Positions 14,942 through 27,260 of a stretch of 64,000 nt of DNA are shown here, piece by piece. Made by a program: the position numbers and the translations under genes. Source of the DNA: Chrysomallon squamiferum (Eukaryota > Animalia > Mollusca). The stretch's first letter is position 1, and each line of letters opens with the position of its first letter. The stretch covers positions 1-64,000 of the forward strand of contig CM022678.1 in assembly GCA_012295275.1 (NCBI GenBank), read 5' to 3'. The notes below the pieces were generated by a model, which saw only the letters and a list, made by a program, of their open reading frames with translations, was not told where the DNA came from and did no database searches.

Positions 14942-15214
14942 GTATATTGGTAAAATAAAAATAAATAAATAAATGTGAAACATAATTGGATGAAATATTA
15001 TAAAATAGCATTAAGTTTTCAAGTTAGTGTACTCGAGAGGGCTTAATGAAAGTTAATATAACGTTGTGTGAATGAGAATAAATAAATAAAGTAAATAAAT
15101 AAGTAAATAATAAATAAATAAAGAAATGTGAAATGTAGAGTTGGATGAAAGGTTATAAAATAAAACTGTAAGTTAGTGTATTTTACGAATGCAGACTAAA
15201 CGCAGAGTAACAAA

Positions 15215-15360
15215 CTACGTGCAAAGCTGTGACGTGTCGTCTTACAAAAATATCACGTGACGTGTCTAAGCAGGAGATTCACAGAGCGAGCAGACGGCAC
15301 AGAATGTGTGTCAGTTTGTTAGTTGAAAAGATTCGGGTTTTACTTCGATTTCGATTAGAG
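15215..15360 (+). promoter_or_regulatory. Putative promoter and non-coding exon 1 of gene A
   Basis: CpG-containing patch in AT-rich DNA with TGACGT half-CREs and a CACGTG E-box (tcacgtgacgt), ending at the donor ag|gtaggc (15360/15361). Conserved in the paralog at 29555-29701. Confidence 0.6.
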
Positions 15361-15473
15361 GTAGGCAAACTTAAACTATACTGCTTTTAGTACTGACTGT
15401 TGATTGTTTATGTAAAACATTTAAATTTAAACTGTTCTATGGTGATCTCGAACTGAGACATCTGCAACTCGGC

Positions 15474-15490
15474 TTTCGTTTCAGTTTTCA
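15474..15490. promoter_or_regulatory. IRF-element/ISRE-like motif in intron 1 of gene A (TTTCGTTTCAGTTTTCA)
   Basis: The reverse complement TGAAAACTGAAACGAAA is a run of tandem GAAA cores. The core TTTCAGTTTTCA is retained in gene B at ~29802-29813. Confidence 0.45.
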
Positions 15491-16062
15491 TCTAAAAATA
15501 ATTGTGAACTAATAAAATTACAACATTCCTATTATTATTATTTATTTTAAATTTATTTATTTATCAAGCAATAAACAGACCAACAGAAAGGGCATTATCG
15601 TCAGGTATATTTAATTTTGCGCTGTATTAACTGGCCGAAGTTTTACAAACGGATAAAGATGGCACCATTAATGGTTTAATTATGTCGATAGAGGAATATA
15701 AAATGTCTACGGAATAACTGTTTGTTTAGCAGTACAAAACTGGAATCAGTTGGTTTTGTCAAGTATTGATGCTAATGTAAATCAGTCAATTTGAGAAGTT
15801 TCAAAAAGTGTAGACACTGATTAAACATATTTTCAAAAGATAACGTCCAGTCTACTTTATTAACAAAGGTTAATTTTAAATGCATTGATTTGGTATAATT
15901 ATAAGTTAATACTGAATTATAACGTAAAAGGGCTAAGGATATTCCTTTCCAAATATGATCACTAGTAAATAAATAAATAAATAAATAATTTTTTTTGATT
16001 AAAGAAAGAAAAAATACATTTTTGGTAATTTTATTTTTAATTTTATTTTTAATAATAATTAA

Positions 16063-16116
<54 letters not shown>

Positions 16117-16879
16117 GAATGTATTTTTAATTCATGGGAGTCACTTTTATGTAACGGGTGAAGTCAAGTGTGTGTGTGTTAATTAATCCGGTTTCTGTTG
16201 GATGCTAAGATTAAGTGTGTGAAATTGTCCACAAGGTTTTGTTTCACTGTTAAATTTATGAGACATATAGAATATAAGCTGGAGATACATATTTCAATGT
16301 TTGGTTTCCTTCAGCTCATGTTTATCTTATGTGTTACAAATAAAGCACGCTGATCTTTATTATAAAACAGTACTTTCTTGGAGCTTAACTGTTATTGAGG
16401 GAATTATTTAATTATCAAAGAAAATTCACCTTTTCTCATTATTATTTTGTATTACTTGACTTATATTCTTTTGTTTCTGTACGTCTTGGTTTCCTCTCTC
16501 TCTGCATTCTATAAGTAATGTGCATACAGTTACATATAAATCCAGTAAAGACGATAAAGTAACACAAGGTCTGTGCATGTCTGATACAAATACATTTTAT
16601 TACACCAGTCATTTCAGTCGTACTTGATCAGTCACCGTGTATGTGTGTGTGTGTGTGTGTACTTTTTTAACTGTTCAGTATGGTGCATCTTCTTAAAATT
16701 ATTTTTTTACTAGGCTCTTGAACGATTCATATTAATTTATTGCTAAAATTCTTGTTTTCATTAAAAGAGATTATTATTAATACTCAATTTTCTTTGTCGT
16801 TACATTTTAAACTAAACAAGGTCACTTGACAAGATCACTGTTACTTTAACGTAAGATCATTGTCACGACATATAGATAT

Positions 16880-19810
16880 GTTCAGTTTTTGTAGTGTTTG
16901 CAGTATGTTCAGTTTGTGTAGTGTCTGTAGTATGTGTAGTGTATGTAGTATGTGTAGTGTACGTAGTATATGTAGTATGTGTAGTGTATGTAGTATGTGT
17001 AGTGTACGTAGTATATGTAGTATGTGTAGTGTATGTAGTATGTGTAGTGTATGTAGTGTATGTAGTATGTGTAGTTTATGTAGCGTGTGTAGTGTCTGTA
17101 GTATGTTCAATTTTTGTAGTGTGTGTAGTATGTGTAGTCTATGTAGTATGTGTAGTGTATGTAGGGTTTGTAGTGTATGTAGGGTGTGTAGTGTATGTAG
17201 TCTATGTAGTGTATATAGTATGTGTAGTGTATGTAGTGTATGTAGTATGTGTAGTGTATGTAGTATGTGTAGTGTATATAGTGTATGTAGTATGTGTAGT
17301 GTATGTAGTATGTGTAGTGTATGTAGTGTATGTAGTATGTGTAGTGTATGTAGTATGTGCAGTGTATGTAGTATGTGTAGTTTATGTAGTGTATGTAGCG
17401 TGTGTAGTGTTGGTAGCGTGTGTAGTGCTTGTAGTATGTGTAGTGTATGTAGTGTTTCTAGTATGTGTAGTGCTTGTAGTATGTGTAGTTTATGTAGTGT
17501 GTGTAGTGTTTGTAGCGTGTATAGTGTATATAGTATCTAGTGTATGAGGCGTGTGTAGTGTATGTAGTATGTGGAGTGTAAGTAGTATGTGTAGTCTCTG
17601 TAGTGTGTGTAGTGTATGCAGTATGTGTAGTGTATGTAGTATGTGTAGTGTGTGTAGTGTATGCACTGTGTGTAGAGTAAGTAGTATCTGTAATGTATGT
17701 GGCGTGTTTAGTGTATGTAGCATGTGTAGTGTATGCAGTCTGTGTAGTGTATGTAGTGTATGTAGTGTGTGTAGTGTATGTAGTATGTGTAGTGTATGTA
17801 GGATGTGTAGTGTATGTAGTGTATGTAGTATCTGTAGTGTGTGTGGCGTGTGTAGTGTATGTGGCGTGTGTAGTGTATGTAGTGTATGTGGCGTGTGTAG
17901 TGTATGTAGTATGTGTAGTGTATGTAGTATGTGTAGTGTATGTAGCGTGTGTAGTGTATGTGACGTGTGTAGTGTATGTAGTATCTGTAGTGTATGTAGT
18001 GTGTGCATTGTATGCAGTATGTGTAGTATGGGTAGTGCTTGTATGTGTAGTGTTTGTAGCGTGTGTAGTGTATGTAGTGAATATAGTGTATGTAGTGTTT
18101 GTAGTATGCGTAGTGCTTGTAGTGTGTGTAGTGCTTGTAGTATGTGTAGTGTATGTAGTATGTGGAGTGTAAGTAGTATGTGTAGTGTGTGTAGTGTGTG
18201 TAGTGTATGTAGTATGTGTAGTGTATGTAGTATGTGTAGTGTGTGTAGTGTATGTAGTGTGTGTAGTGTAAGTAGTATCTATAATGTATGTGGCGTGTGT
18301 AGTGTATGTAGTGTATGTACTGTGTGTAGTGTGTGTAGTATGTGTAGTGTATGTAGTATGTGTAGTGTGTGTAGTGTAGGTAGTATGTGTAGTGTATGTG
18401 GCGTGTGTAGTGTATGTAGTATGTGTAGTGTATGTAGAATGTGTAGTGTCTGTAGTATGTGTAATGTATGTGGCGTGTGTAGTGTATGTAGTACGTGTAG
18501 TGTATGTAGTGTATGTGGCGTGTGTAGTGTATGTAGTATGTGGAGTGTAAGTAGTATGTGTAGTCTCTGTAGTGTGTGTAGTGTATGCAGTATGTGTAGT
18601 GTATGTAGTATGTGTAGTGTGTGTAGTGTATGTACTGTGTGTAGAGTAAGTAGTATCTGTAATGTATGTGGCGTGTGTAGTGTATGTAGCATGTGTAGTG
18701 TATGCAGTCTGTGTAGTGTATGTAGTGTATTTAGTGTGTGTAGTGTATGTAGTATGTGTAGTGTATGTAGGATGTGTAGTGTATGTAGTGTATGTAGTAT
18801 CTGTAGTGTGTGTGGCGTGTGTAGTATATATAGTATGTGTAGTGTGTAGTGTGTGTAGTATGTGGAGTGTTTGTAGCGTGTGTAGTGTATGTAGTATGTA
18901 TGGTGTGTGTAGTGTAAGTAGTATGTGGAGTGTTTGTAGCGTGTGTAGTGTATGTAGTATGTGTAGTGTGTGTAGTGTATGTAGTATGTGTAGTGTATGT
19001 AGCGTGTGTAGTGTATGTGGCGTGTGTTGTGTATGTAGCATGTGTAGTGTATGCAGCGTGTGCAGTGTGTGTAGTATGTGCAGTGTATGTAGTGTAAGTA
19101 GTATGTGTAGTGTATGTAGTATGTGTAGTGTATGTAGTGTCTGTATTGTATGTAGTATGTGCAGTGTATGTAGTGTGTGTAGTGTATGTAGTATGTGTAG
19201 TGTATGTAGCGTGTGTAGTGTCTGTAGCGTGTGTAGTATGTGCAGTGTGTGTAGTGTGTGCAATGTATGTAGTATGTGTAGTGTATGTAGTATGTGTAGT
19301 GTTTGTAGTATGTGTAGTGCTTGTAGTGTGTGTAGTGTATGTAGTATCTGCAGTGTATGTAGTATGTGTAGTGTATGTAGTATTTGTAGAGTATGTAGCG
19401 TATGTAGTGTATGTAGCGTGTGTAGTGTATCTAGTATGTGTAGTGTATGTAGTATGTGTAGTGTATGTGGCGTGTGTTGTGTATGTAGCATGTGTAGTGT
19501 ATGCAGCGTGTGCAGTGTGTGTAGTATGTGCAGTGTATGTAGTGTAAGTAGTATGTGTAGTGTATGTAGTATGTGTAGTGTATGTAGTGTCTGTATTGTA
19601 TGTAGTATGTGCAGTGTATGTAGTGTGTGTAGTATATGTAGTATCTGCAGTGTATGTAGTATGTGTAGTGTATGCAGCGTGTGCAGTGTGTGTAGTATGT
19701 GCAGTGTATGTAGTGTAAGTAGTATGTGTAGTGTATGTAGTATGTGTAGTGTATGTAGTGTCTGTATTGTATGTAGTATGTGCAGTTTATGTAGTGTGTG
19801 TAGTGTATGT
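16880..19810. repeat. ~2.9-kb satellite of 9-bp units (TGTAGTGTA / TGTAGTATG) in intron 1 of gene A
   Basis: Seen directly. It produces the spurious CSV/CSM, LHT and VVY ORFs and has higher-order duplicated blocks (~17550-17850 vs ~18520-18820). It is absent from the paralogous intron of gene B. Confidence 0.97.
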
Positions 19811-20382
19811 ATATTTGTGACATCCATTTCTATTGCTTCTATACATAATTTACTAAAGTAACAGAATATTTAAAATATTCAGATATAAGCTACACATTTA
19901 TTTTATTTATATAACGTCATTTATTTATAGGAATAAGTGTAATATTCTGATATTACTGGCATAAATTCTGAATTAAGAAGCTCACCCAGTTATGATTTAA
20001 AACATGTTTTAAACATTATTATTTGCAATTTGTGAATGGTATTCAAAGGAATTATAGAAAGATTTAAAATAAAAAAGTGTGTATGATACAATAAATAGTC
20101 TGTCTCTTATTTAACTGAATTCTGATGAAATGATTTTACCCATGTGATTGTCATTAAATGTTTAGATTTTGTTTTTGACTTCCCTTTGTGTATGCAGACT
20201 GATGAACGTGTGTTTTGAGTATGAAAAATGCATTAAAAGAAAAGTTGATGACACATGTATTCTGAAAACAACATAATGGCAATGCATTAACTTTCACTGT
20301 CTCTTGTTACATTGCACATGTTTAGGTTACTTCCAGTGATTTCTGACAACTGTTCCCTTGATTCGTGTGTTTCAGGTTGAGT

Positions 20383-23300
20383 ATGTCAACTCGATAAAGC
20401 AGCAGAACAGCTGAGAAACACAGCAACCCAGAGCCAGAACCTGGCCCAGTCAGCCAATCACCACCCCCTAAAAAGAGGAATAAGAGCAAATCCAAAACGA
20501 GGTAAGAATAATTGATTAAAACCAAGATGTTTTTATTAACAGCATTCTGCCACTATACTTTCATATTTTTATATGACAAAATCTCAAATTACTCTTTGAC
20601 ATTTATTTATTTTAAAAAATATTTCAGGAACTTATGACTACAAATTCTTTTTTGGAACACTGGATACAACACTCTAACTGCAAAAGAATATAACTCATAC
20701 AACATAATCTAGTGGAATCCACAAAATTAACAACATAATTTAGTAAAACTATTGACAGGTTATATGTATATTTGTTTTTTTTTTATAACATAATTTAGTA
20801 CAGTTAACAAAATTAAGAATATAGCTTAGTAAAGCTATTAAGCGGTACAATTTTTATTGTTTATAGAACATAGGTTAGTACAGTTAAGAATATAACTTAG
20901 TAAAATTATTGAGAGGTGTTTTTGTATTGTTTACATAAGAGTATTTAGTAGAATTTACAAGACTAAGAATGTAACTTAGTAAAACTAGTCACGTTATATG
21001 GATATTGGTATTATTTATATAACATAATTTTTGTAAAACAAAACCTAAAATTAGTGTTAACATTTTATTATTTAAAAAAATATATATTTCAGTAATTTAT
21101 TTCCACAATAAATTTAAGAACACAGGATACAAGACTATAACTGGCATACAAATATAACTTATAGAAAATAATTTAGTGACACCCACAAAACTGAGAATAT
21201 AACTTAGTATAATTATTAACAGGTTATATTTGTATTGTTTATGTAACATTATTTAGTACAGATGACAAAACAAAGGATGTAGCTTAGGAAAACTATTCAC
21301 ATGTTATGTTTAACTTGTATTGTATATATAATATAATTTAATAGTCCACGAAACTAAGAATATTGCTTAGTAAACTGTTAATACTGACAATACACAGAGA
21401 CACAATACCAAAAAACGTAAAGTATCTATGTATGACTATTGTGATAGATATTTTATTCACATAAACGTATTATAAATCTTTATGATAATTATTTCAATGT
21501 TTCTTAACAATATATCTGATCTCATTTAAAAGTGAATGGAACGTATCAAATACATTTTTATTTTTTTCATCTATATCAAAAATTATTATATTTGTTTTTT
21601 AAAGCTCAGCCAATATGGATGACAAAGAAGAGAGATCAAATTCCTCAGACACAAATAGTGAAAATAATTTACGTCTATCTCTATCAGGCAGTTCTGGTAA
21701 TAAACACAATATTTCGATATATTTACTGATTGGAAATTCTAAACAGAATTATTATTTGCATCTATTCCAAAGCAGTTGTTTTTGTTTTTCAGTATATCGG
21801 TAACAACGTAATATACTCATATACTGTTTATTTTTTTATATATCATTTGTAAACTAATACTTTTCTGATCTAAATTGAAAACAAAGTAACAAGTTAAAGG
21901 GTTTTATGTGAAAATTGAAAAAATACATCAATAAATAAATTAAAAACACATACTAATTACTGTTTCATCATGACTATTATAATTATTCTAGTATGATCAT
22001 ATTTATTTCAATGTTGTAAAGTAATGCTGAGGTCAAATGTCATATGTGTAATTAGTTAACAGTATTAATCACATTCGTTAAAAAATATATTGCGTTATTC
22101 ACTAATACTGTTTCGGTAGATTGTATTATTCTGTAAACTGCCATATCTTCATTAAATAGATACAAACATTTTTAATTGTGAAGCTTTTCAAGCAGGAGAT
22201 AGCAATATAATCAGTAAGTTAAAAACTAACTGTTTTCTCTTCTTTACACGTTTAAAACATAACTTAATACACCGTGACTTGAACAGTATGTATTCATATG
22301 ACCCACTCTGGTTAACGTCGACGAGTCCACATTCTACGATACGAATATATTCGGCATCCACGAGCAATATCCTTTCCAATATATCATGCATATATATCTT
22401 AGAAACTGATAAGTTATAGCACTTTCTAATACTCCTGTCACCAAGACACAGACGAAACATTTCAGATTAGCGGTTAATGTAGGTGGTACACTTGGAGACA
22501 ATGAATTTCCGCTGAAAATGAATGTATTTCCTGAAAGTGCCACAATATACCCAAATGGATTATCATAAGGCTGTTATCATAAAAATAAAATATAAATCTT
22601 TGATTAAAAGCTGAATAGCAGCCCATACCAGACTTCAAGGACTAATTTCCTTGTTCACATCTATTAATGACAAAACATTTCCACATCCACAGCGAAGTCA
22701 AAGAGTTAAATAAACAGTATTACAACGGGGGGGGGGACCATTTATTAGATACGTGTACACTGAGGGTAATGTTAGGACCATTTATTCCTCTTTTATAAGA
22801 GGATTTGTCATATTTTGGTTTACACTTTCTTAATGGATGAAAAATCTAATCACCAGACAAGATTTGGTGTTTTCTGATTTTAGAAGTCATTTTAATTCAG
22901 ACCTTGTAGCAACTATTGAGCTAAATTTTACCATGACAAAACTATTTATTTTTCATTGAATCAGAGAAAATATATCTCTTTATACATTTTTACATATTTA
23001 TTTTGGTATCAAACACAATGTTTTATATATATATATATCAGATTAACAAAATACTTGGTCTGTCTGGTGCTGGAAGTCAGATTAGCAACACGGGAAATTA
23101 ATTAACTTTCCAGTATCACCAGCTTTAAATTGCTTTGTTTAAACTTTGTCGTTTTCTGTTTTGACTTCTTGTAAATTGTAATAGAGATCAACTGTTTAAT
23201 TAGTCCCTAAGCTTTTTGTGTAACAATTGGGTAGATGAGACCATGATTATGTACTAGATAGAGGGCATCTCTTTATCAGTTCATTCAGCCATGACCTACA

Positions 23301-24750
23301 TTTTTTCTTTTATTTTTTTAAATGGATGTGGAACAGATGTAAAGATCTTCCACATAGGTATCAGTTAGGTATAAACACTGTCATCTAACTTGCATCTCCT
23401 TGACTGATAGCAGGTCCCATACAGACATATAATTCATATATATAGTTTACTTAACCATATAGAAAAATACTAGCTATTGGTTGATTTTTGTATCATGAAT
23501 ATTACAGTTACTTTTCTATCAACACCATGAAATTAATAGACACTCAGAGTATTTTGCTAGACTGGTTTAGATTTTCTTCTTGTAGAAAAAAGTCATTCAA
23601 AGCAGTTTATTATAGATTCTAAGTTCAAAATGTTTAAACAGAAAACTAGATGTCTAATGAGTTATATCTCCACATTTCAGATTTGAAGACAAAAGTAGTG
23701 GAAGGTGAATCGCCTGCTAAAAATGAACAGGTGGAAATTCTAGAAAAGCTGCATGAGAAAGGGGTTCAGCTAAATTCTATAAACAATCTAGGTGAAACAC
23801 CAATTATTATAGCTCTGAATGCCAATAATAACCCTGCAATTTTGAATTTCCTGGAACATGGAGCTGATCTCAGCTTAACAGACAAAGATAACAATTCAGT
23901 TTTACACCTAGCAGCTAAACATGGAAATCTACAAATTGTGAAAATATTTATTGAAAAAAAGGTTAATGTAAATGTTAAAAACAGTACAGGGGAAACTCCG
24001 CTTTCTACAGCTATTAAGTTTGAACAAAACAAAGTAGCTTTGTATTTACTGGAACAAGGAGCTGATCTCAGCTTAACAGACAAAGATAACAATTCAGTTT
24101 TACATCTAGCAGCTAAACATGGAAATCTACAAATTGTGAAAATATTTATTGAAAAAAATGTTAATGTAAATGTTAAAAACAGTACAGGGGATACTCCGCT
24201 TTCTACAGCTATTAAGTTTGAACAAAACAAAGTAGCTTTGTATTTACTGGAACATGGAGCTGATCTCAGCTTAACAGACAAAGATAAGAATTCTGTTTTA
24301 CATCTAGCAGCTGAACATGGACTTCTAGTAATTGTGACAAAACTGATTGAAAAAGGTTTTGATGTAAATTATAAAAACAGTACAGGGGAAACTCCTCTTT
24401 CTACAGCTGTTAAGTATGAACAAAACAAAGTAGCTTTCTATTTACTGGAACATGGAGCTGATCTCGGATTAACAGACAAAAATAAGAATTCTGTTTTACA
24501 CGTAGCAGCTGAACATGGAAATCTAGAAATTGTGACAAAACTGATTGAAAAAGGTTTTGATGTAAATTTTAAAAACAATAAAGGGGAAACTCCTGTTTTT
24601 ATAGCTGTTACATTTGACCAGAACAAACTATTTTTTAATTTACTGAAACATGGAGCCGATCCTAATTTAAGAGACAATGATAACAATTCTATTTTAAACC
24701 TAGCAGTTAAGCAAGGAAATACAGAAATTGTGAGAGCACTGACTGAATAA
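20383..24750 (+). CDS. Gene A: (NLS)-RHIM-like-ankyrin repeat protein. Coding exons 20383-20501, 21605-21696, 22160-22213, 23681-24750. Stop at codon 5 (20395-20397); open 401-aa frame from ATG 21615
   Basis: All introns are GT-AG with consistent phases (2,1,1). Translation: MSTR*SSRTAEKHSNPEPEPGPVSQSPPPKKRNKSKSKTS / SANMDDKEERSNSSDTNSENNLRLSLSGSS / DTNIFNCEAFQAGDSNII / NLKTKVVEGE... followed by ~10 ANK repeats (GETPL..A / NSVLHLAA..G). Confidence 0.75.
23681..24750 (+). CDS. Ankyrin-repeat exon of gene A (~10 ANK repeats in 198-bp two-repeat units)
   Basis: ORF 23650..24750 with the acceptor cacatttcag| at 23680. The LEHGADL-type unit recurs every 198 nt (23851, 24049, 24247, 24445, 24643). 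Confidence 0.92.
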
Positions 24751-25409
24751 CGTCCTGCTGTAACATATTTTAAGCAGTAGAGGTGAAACAACCCTTGATG
24801 GAACATTAAGTTAAATTTCAACTTTACTTGTTATTCAGTGACATACAACAAAGGAGATTTGTATACATTTACTCTGAAGGACAAATCATGACACTCCTGA
24901 AACAAGACACACCCCACACTGGTGTTAATTGCCTCACTTATACTGTTATTGTCAGTTAAAAATCTTTAATGTACTTTAGTGTGATGGCCTCTGAAACAGT
25001 GGTTAAATCAAAAGTTAGTAATACTAAGGGCAGTTGTATAAATATATAGCATATTGCTTATCTTGTTTCTTTCTTGCAGAAATTATTTTATACATAATGT
25101 TATTTTCTTATTGAATTTTGAATTATAATTATTATTATTATTATTATTATTATGAATGAGTACTGCTCATTACTGTTTTATTTTTATGTCAAAGAGAAAA
25201 ATAAATTGTTAAATATGATAACCTTTGCTTGTTATGTTACTATTACATAAACAGTGTGCAAGTTTTATGTATATATTTTTCAATACACTGATGTAAATAT
25301 TTAAAAAAATAGATATATTTTATATAACGTTTGCCTATGTATACAATTAATATTTTTCATACATTTATTTTACCCTCATACACAGAACAAGAAAAAAATA
25401 TATATGCAT

Positions 25410-26009
25410 TTTATTCATCTATATTTGTTTAATATTATCATTATTATTTTTTATTTGTTATTAATATTGGTTGAAAATCCATCTGGTTAACAATTTTTCA
25501 CTTTTATCCATTTAATTATTAGAATATATTGAATGGAATTATACTAGAAATGCAATGATTTCTTTTTTCTTATAATAATAATAATAACAATAGAAGAAGA
25601 AGAAGAAAAAGATAAAATCTTAGAGAAATATCTTCTAGTGCACAAAAAATTAAATTATAATTGTTATATAGTTAATACGGGTATGTATACCATACGTGCC
25701 TTTGAATTTGGTATATAAATTTATGTACTTGGTACATATATCTCAGTATTAGTTAACATGACAACAGAGATAAAGTACTTTTAGCAGCAGCAATATGGGG
25801 ATCTACTGATACAGTGAGTTTTCTCATTGACCAAAAAAATATACGCTCTTTATTCATCTGTATTTGTTTAATATTATTATTATTATTTGTTATTTGTTAT
25901 TAATATTGGTTGAAAATCCATGTGGTTAACAATTTTTCACTTTTATCCATTTAATTATTAGAATATATTGAATGAAATTATACTAGAAATGCAATGATTT
26001 CTTTTTTCT

Positions 26010-26050
<41 letters not shown>

Positions 26051-26290
26051 CAATAGAAGAAGAAGAAGAAGAAGAAGATAAATATTTTCTAGTGCACAAA
26101 AAATTAAATTATGATTGTTATATAGTTAATACCGGTATGTATACCTTACGTGGCTTTGAATTTGGTATATATATTTATGTACTTGGTACATATATCTCAG
26201 TATTAGTTGATAAGACAACAGAGATAAAGTACTTTTAGCAGCAGCAATATGAGGATGTACTGATACAGTGAATTTTCTCATTGACCAGAG
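25410..26290. repeat. ~440-bp tandem duplication that includes the start of the ANK pseudogene
   Basis: ~25410-25835 is near-identical to ~25850-26290. Confidence 0.85.
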
Positions 26291-27040
26291 ACGAAATGAT
26301 ACAGATGAGAACAACTGGAAGAAAGGTGAAGTACTGAAAGTGGCAGTGATGTTTAACAATGCAGACGTTGTTCAGTGTCTTCTTGATAAAGGAGCTGATA
26401 CTAATGTGAATGTGGCAGTTAAGGAGAAATTGATTCAGTTGTTGAACAGGAAATTAGATTAAAAGTGTTGTCTGATGACAAAATTAGATTTGAACTGTTT
26501 TGTGATGACACACTTCTTCACATTTCAGTTCTGCTTGGTGACTTAGATATGTTAAAATCACTGATACGGAAAATGCTGAAGTTAATGCAGTAAACAGCGA
26601 GGGAAAAACTCCACTTCATGAAACTGTAAAAGCAGTGAAACACAGAAAGGAAATAGCTTTGTTGTTACTAGAAAATGGTGCTGATACTGACATAACAGAT
26701 TGACATTGCATATGCAATCTCATATTGACCAGAACTACTTTAACATTGATTGAAACAAGGAGCTGAACCTAATTTAACAGACAATGATAACGATTTTGTT
26801 TTACACCTAGCAGCCAACCATGGAAATATAGAAATTGTGACAGCACTGATTAAAAATGCTTTTTACAGCTCTTAAGTATGAATATTACAAAGTAATTTTG
26901 TATTTACTGGAACACAGAACTGATCCTGATACGACAAAAAATAATAGTTGTGCTGGAAACTTAAAACTTGTGAAAGCTTTGGTTATAAAGGGTGTTGATG
27001 TAAATATTATTAATTATATTACTTAAACTCCTCTTGATAA
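25760..27040 (+). pseudogene. Ankyrin-repeat pseudogene fragment, paralog of ~53905-55200
   Basis: NRDKVLLAAAI..STDTVNFLIDQRRNDTDENNWKKGEVLKVAVMFNNADVVQCLLDKGAD... is nearly identical to ORF 53596..54363 but carries stops and frameshifts. Confidence 0.9.
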
Positions 27041-27216
27041 AGTTTGAATTATACATTTAACATTTTTATTAAAACTTATTTTGAGAAATACATTGGACTT
27101 TAAATTACATTGAATGATTTTATTGTATAAATATATGGTTTCTTTTACTTCTCATGATGTTTCTTTCCTTGCAAAAGTTATTTTGTTATTGAAATATTAT
27201 TATTATTATTATTATT

Positions 27217-27260
<44 letters not shown>

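Noticed and set aside
4767-16186. Many short poly-I/L/Y/N/V ORFs that look like membrane peptides
   Set aside because: Translations of (TTA)n, (TA)n and (TG)n microsatellites.
16841-19861. Long ORFs rich in Cys/Ser/Val, His/Thr/Leu or Thr/Tyr/His (up to 789 aa), superficially metallothionein- or mucin-like
   Set aside because: They are by-products of a 9-bp satellite that is open in several frames on both strands, with no splice or start context.
22225-22515. CpG-richer insert in gene A intron 4 with short ORFs (VNVDESTFYDTNIF...)
   Set aside because: No convincing splice sites or recognisable motif, and it is absent from gene B. Probably a repeat fragment.
23766-24821. Minus-strand ORFs 23766..24281 and 24438..24821
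   Set aside because: Antisense shadows of the ankyrin exon.
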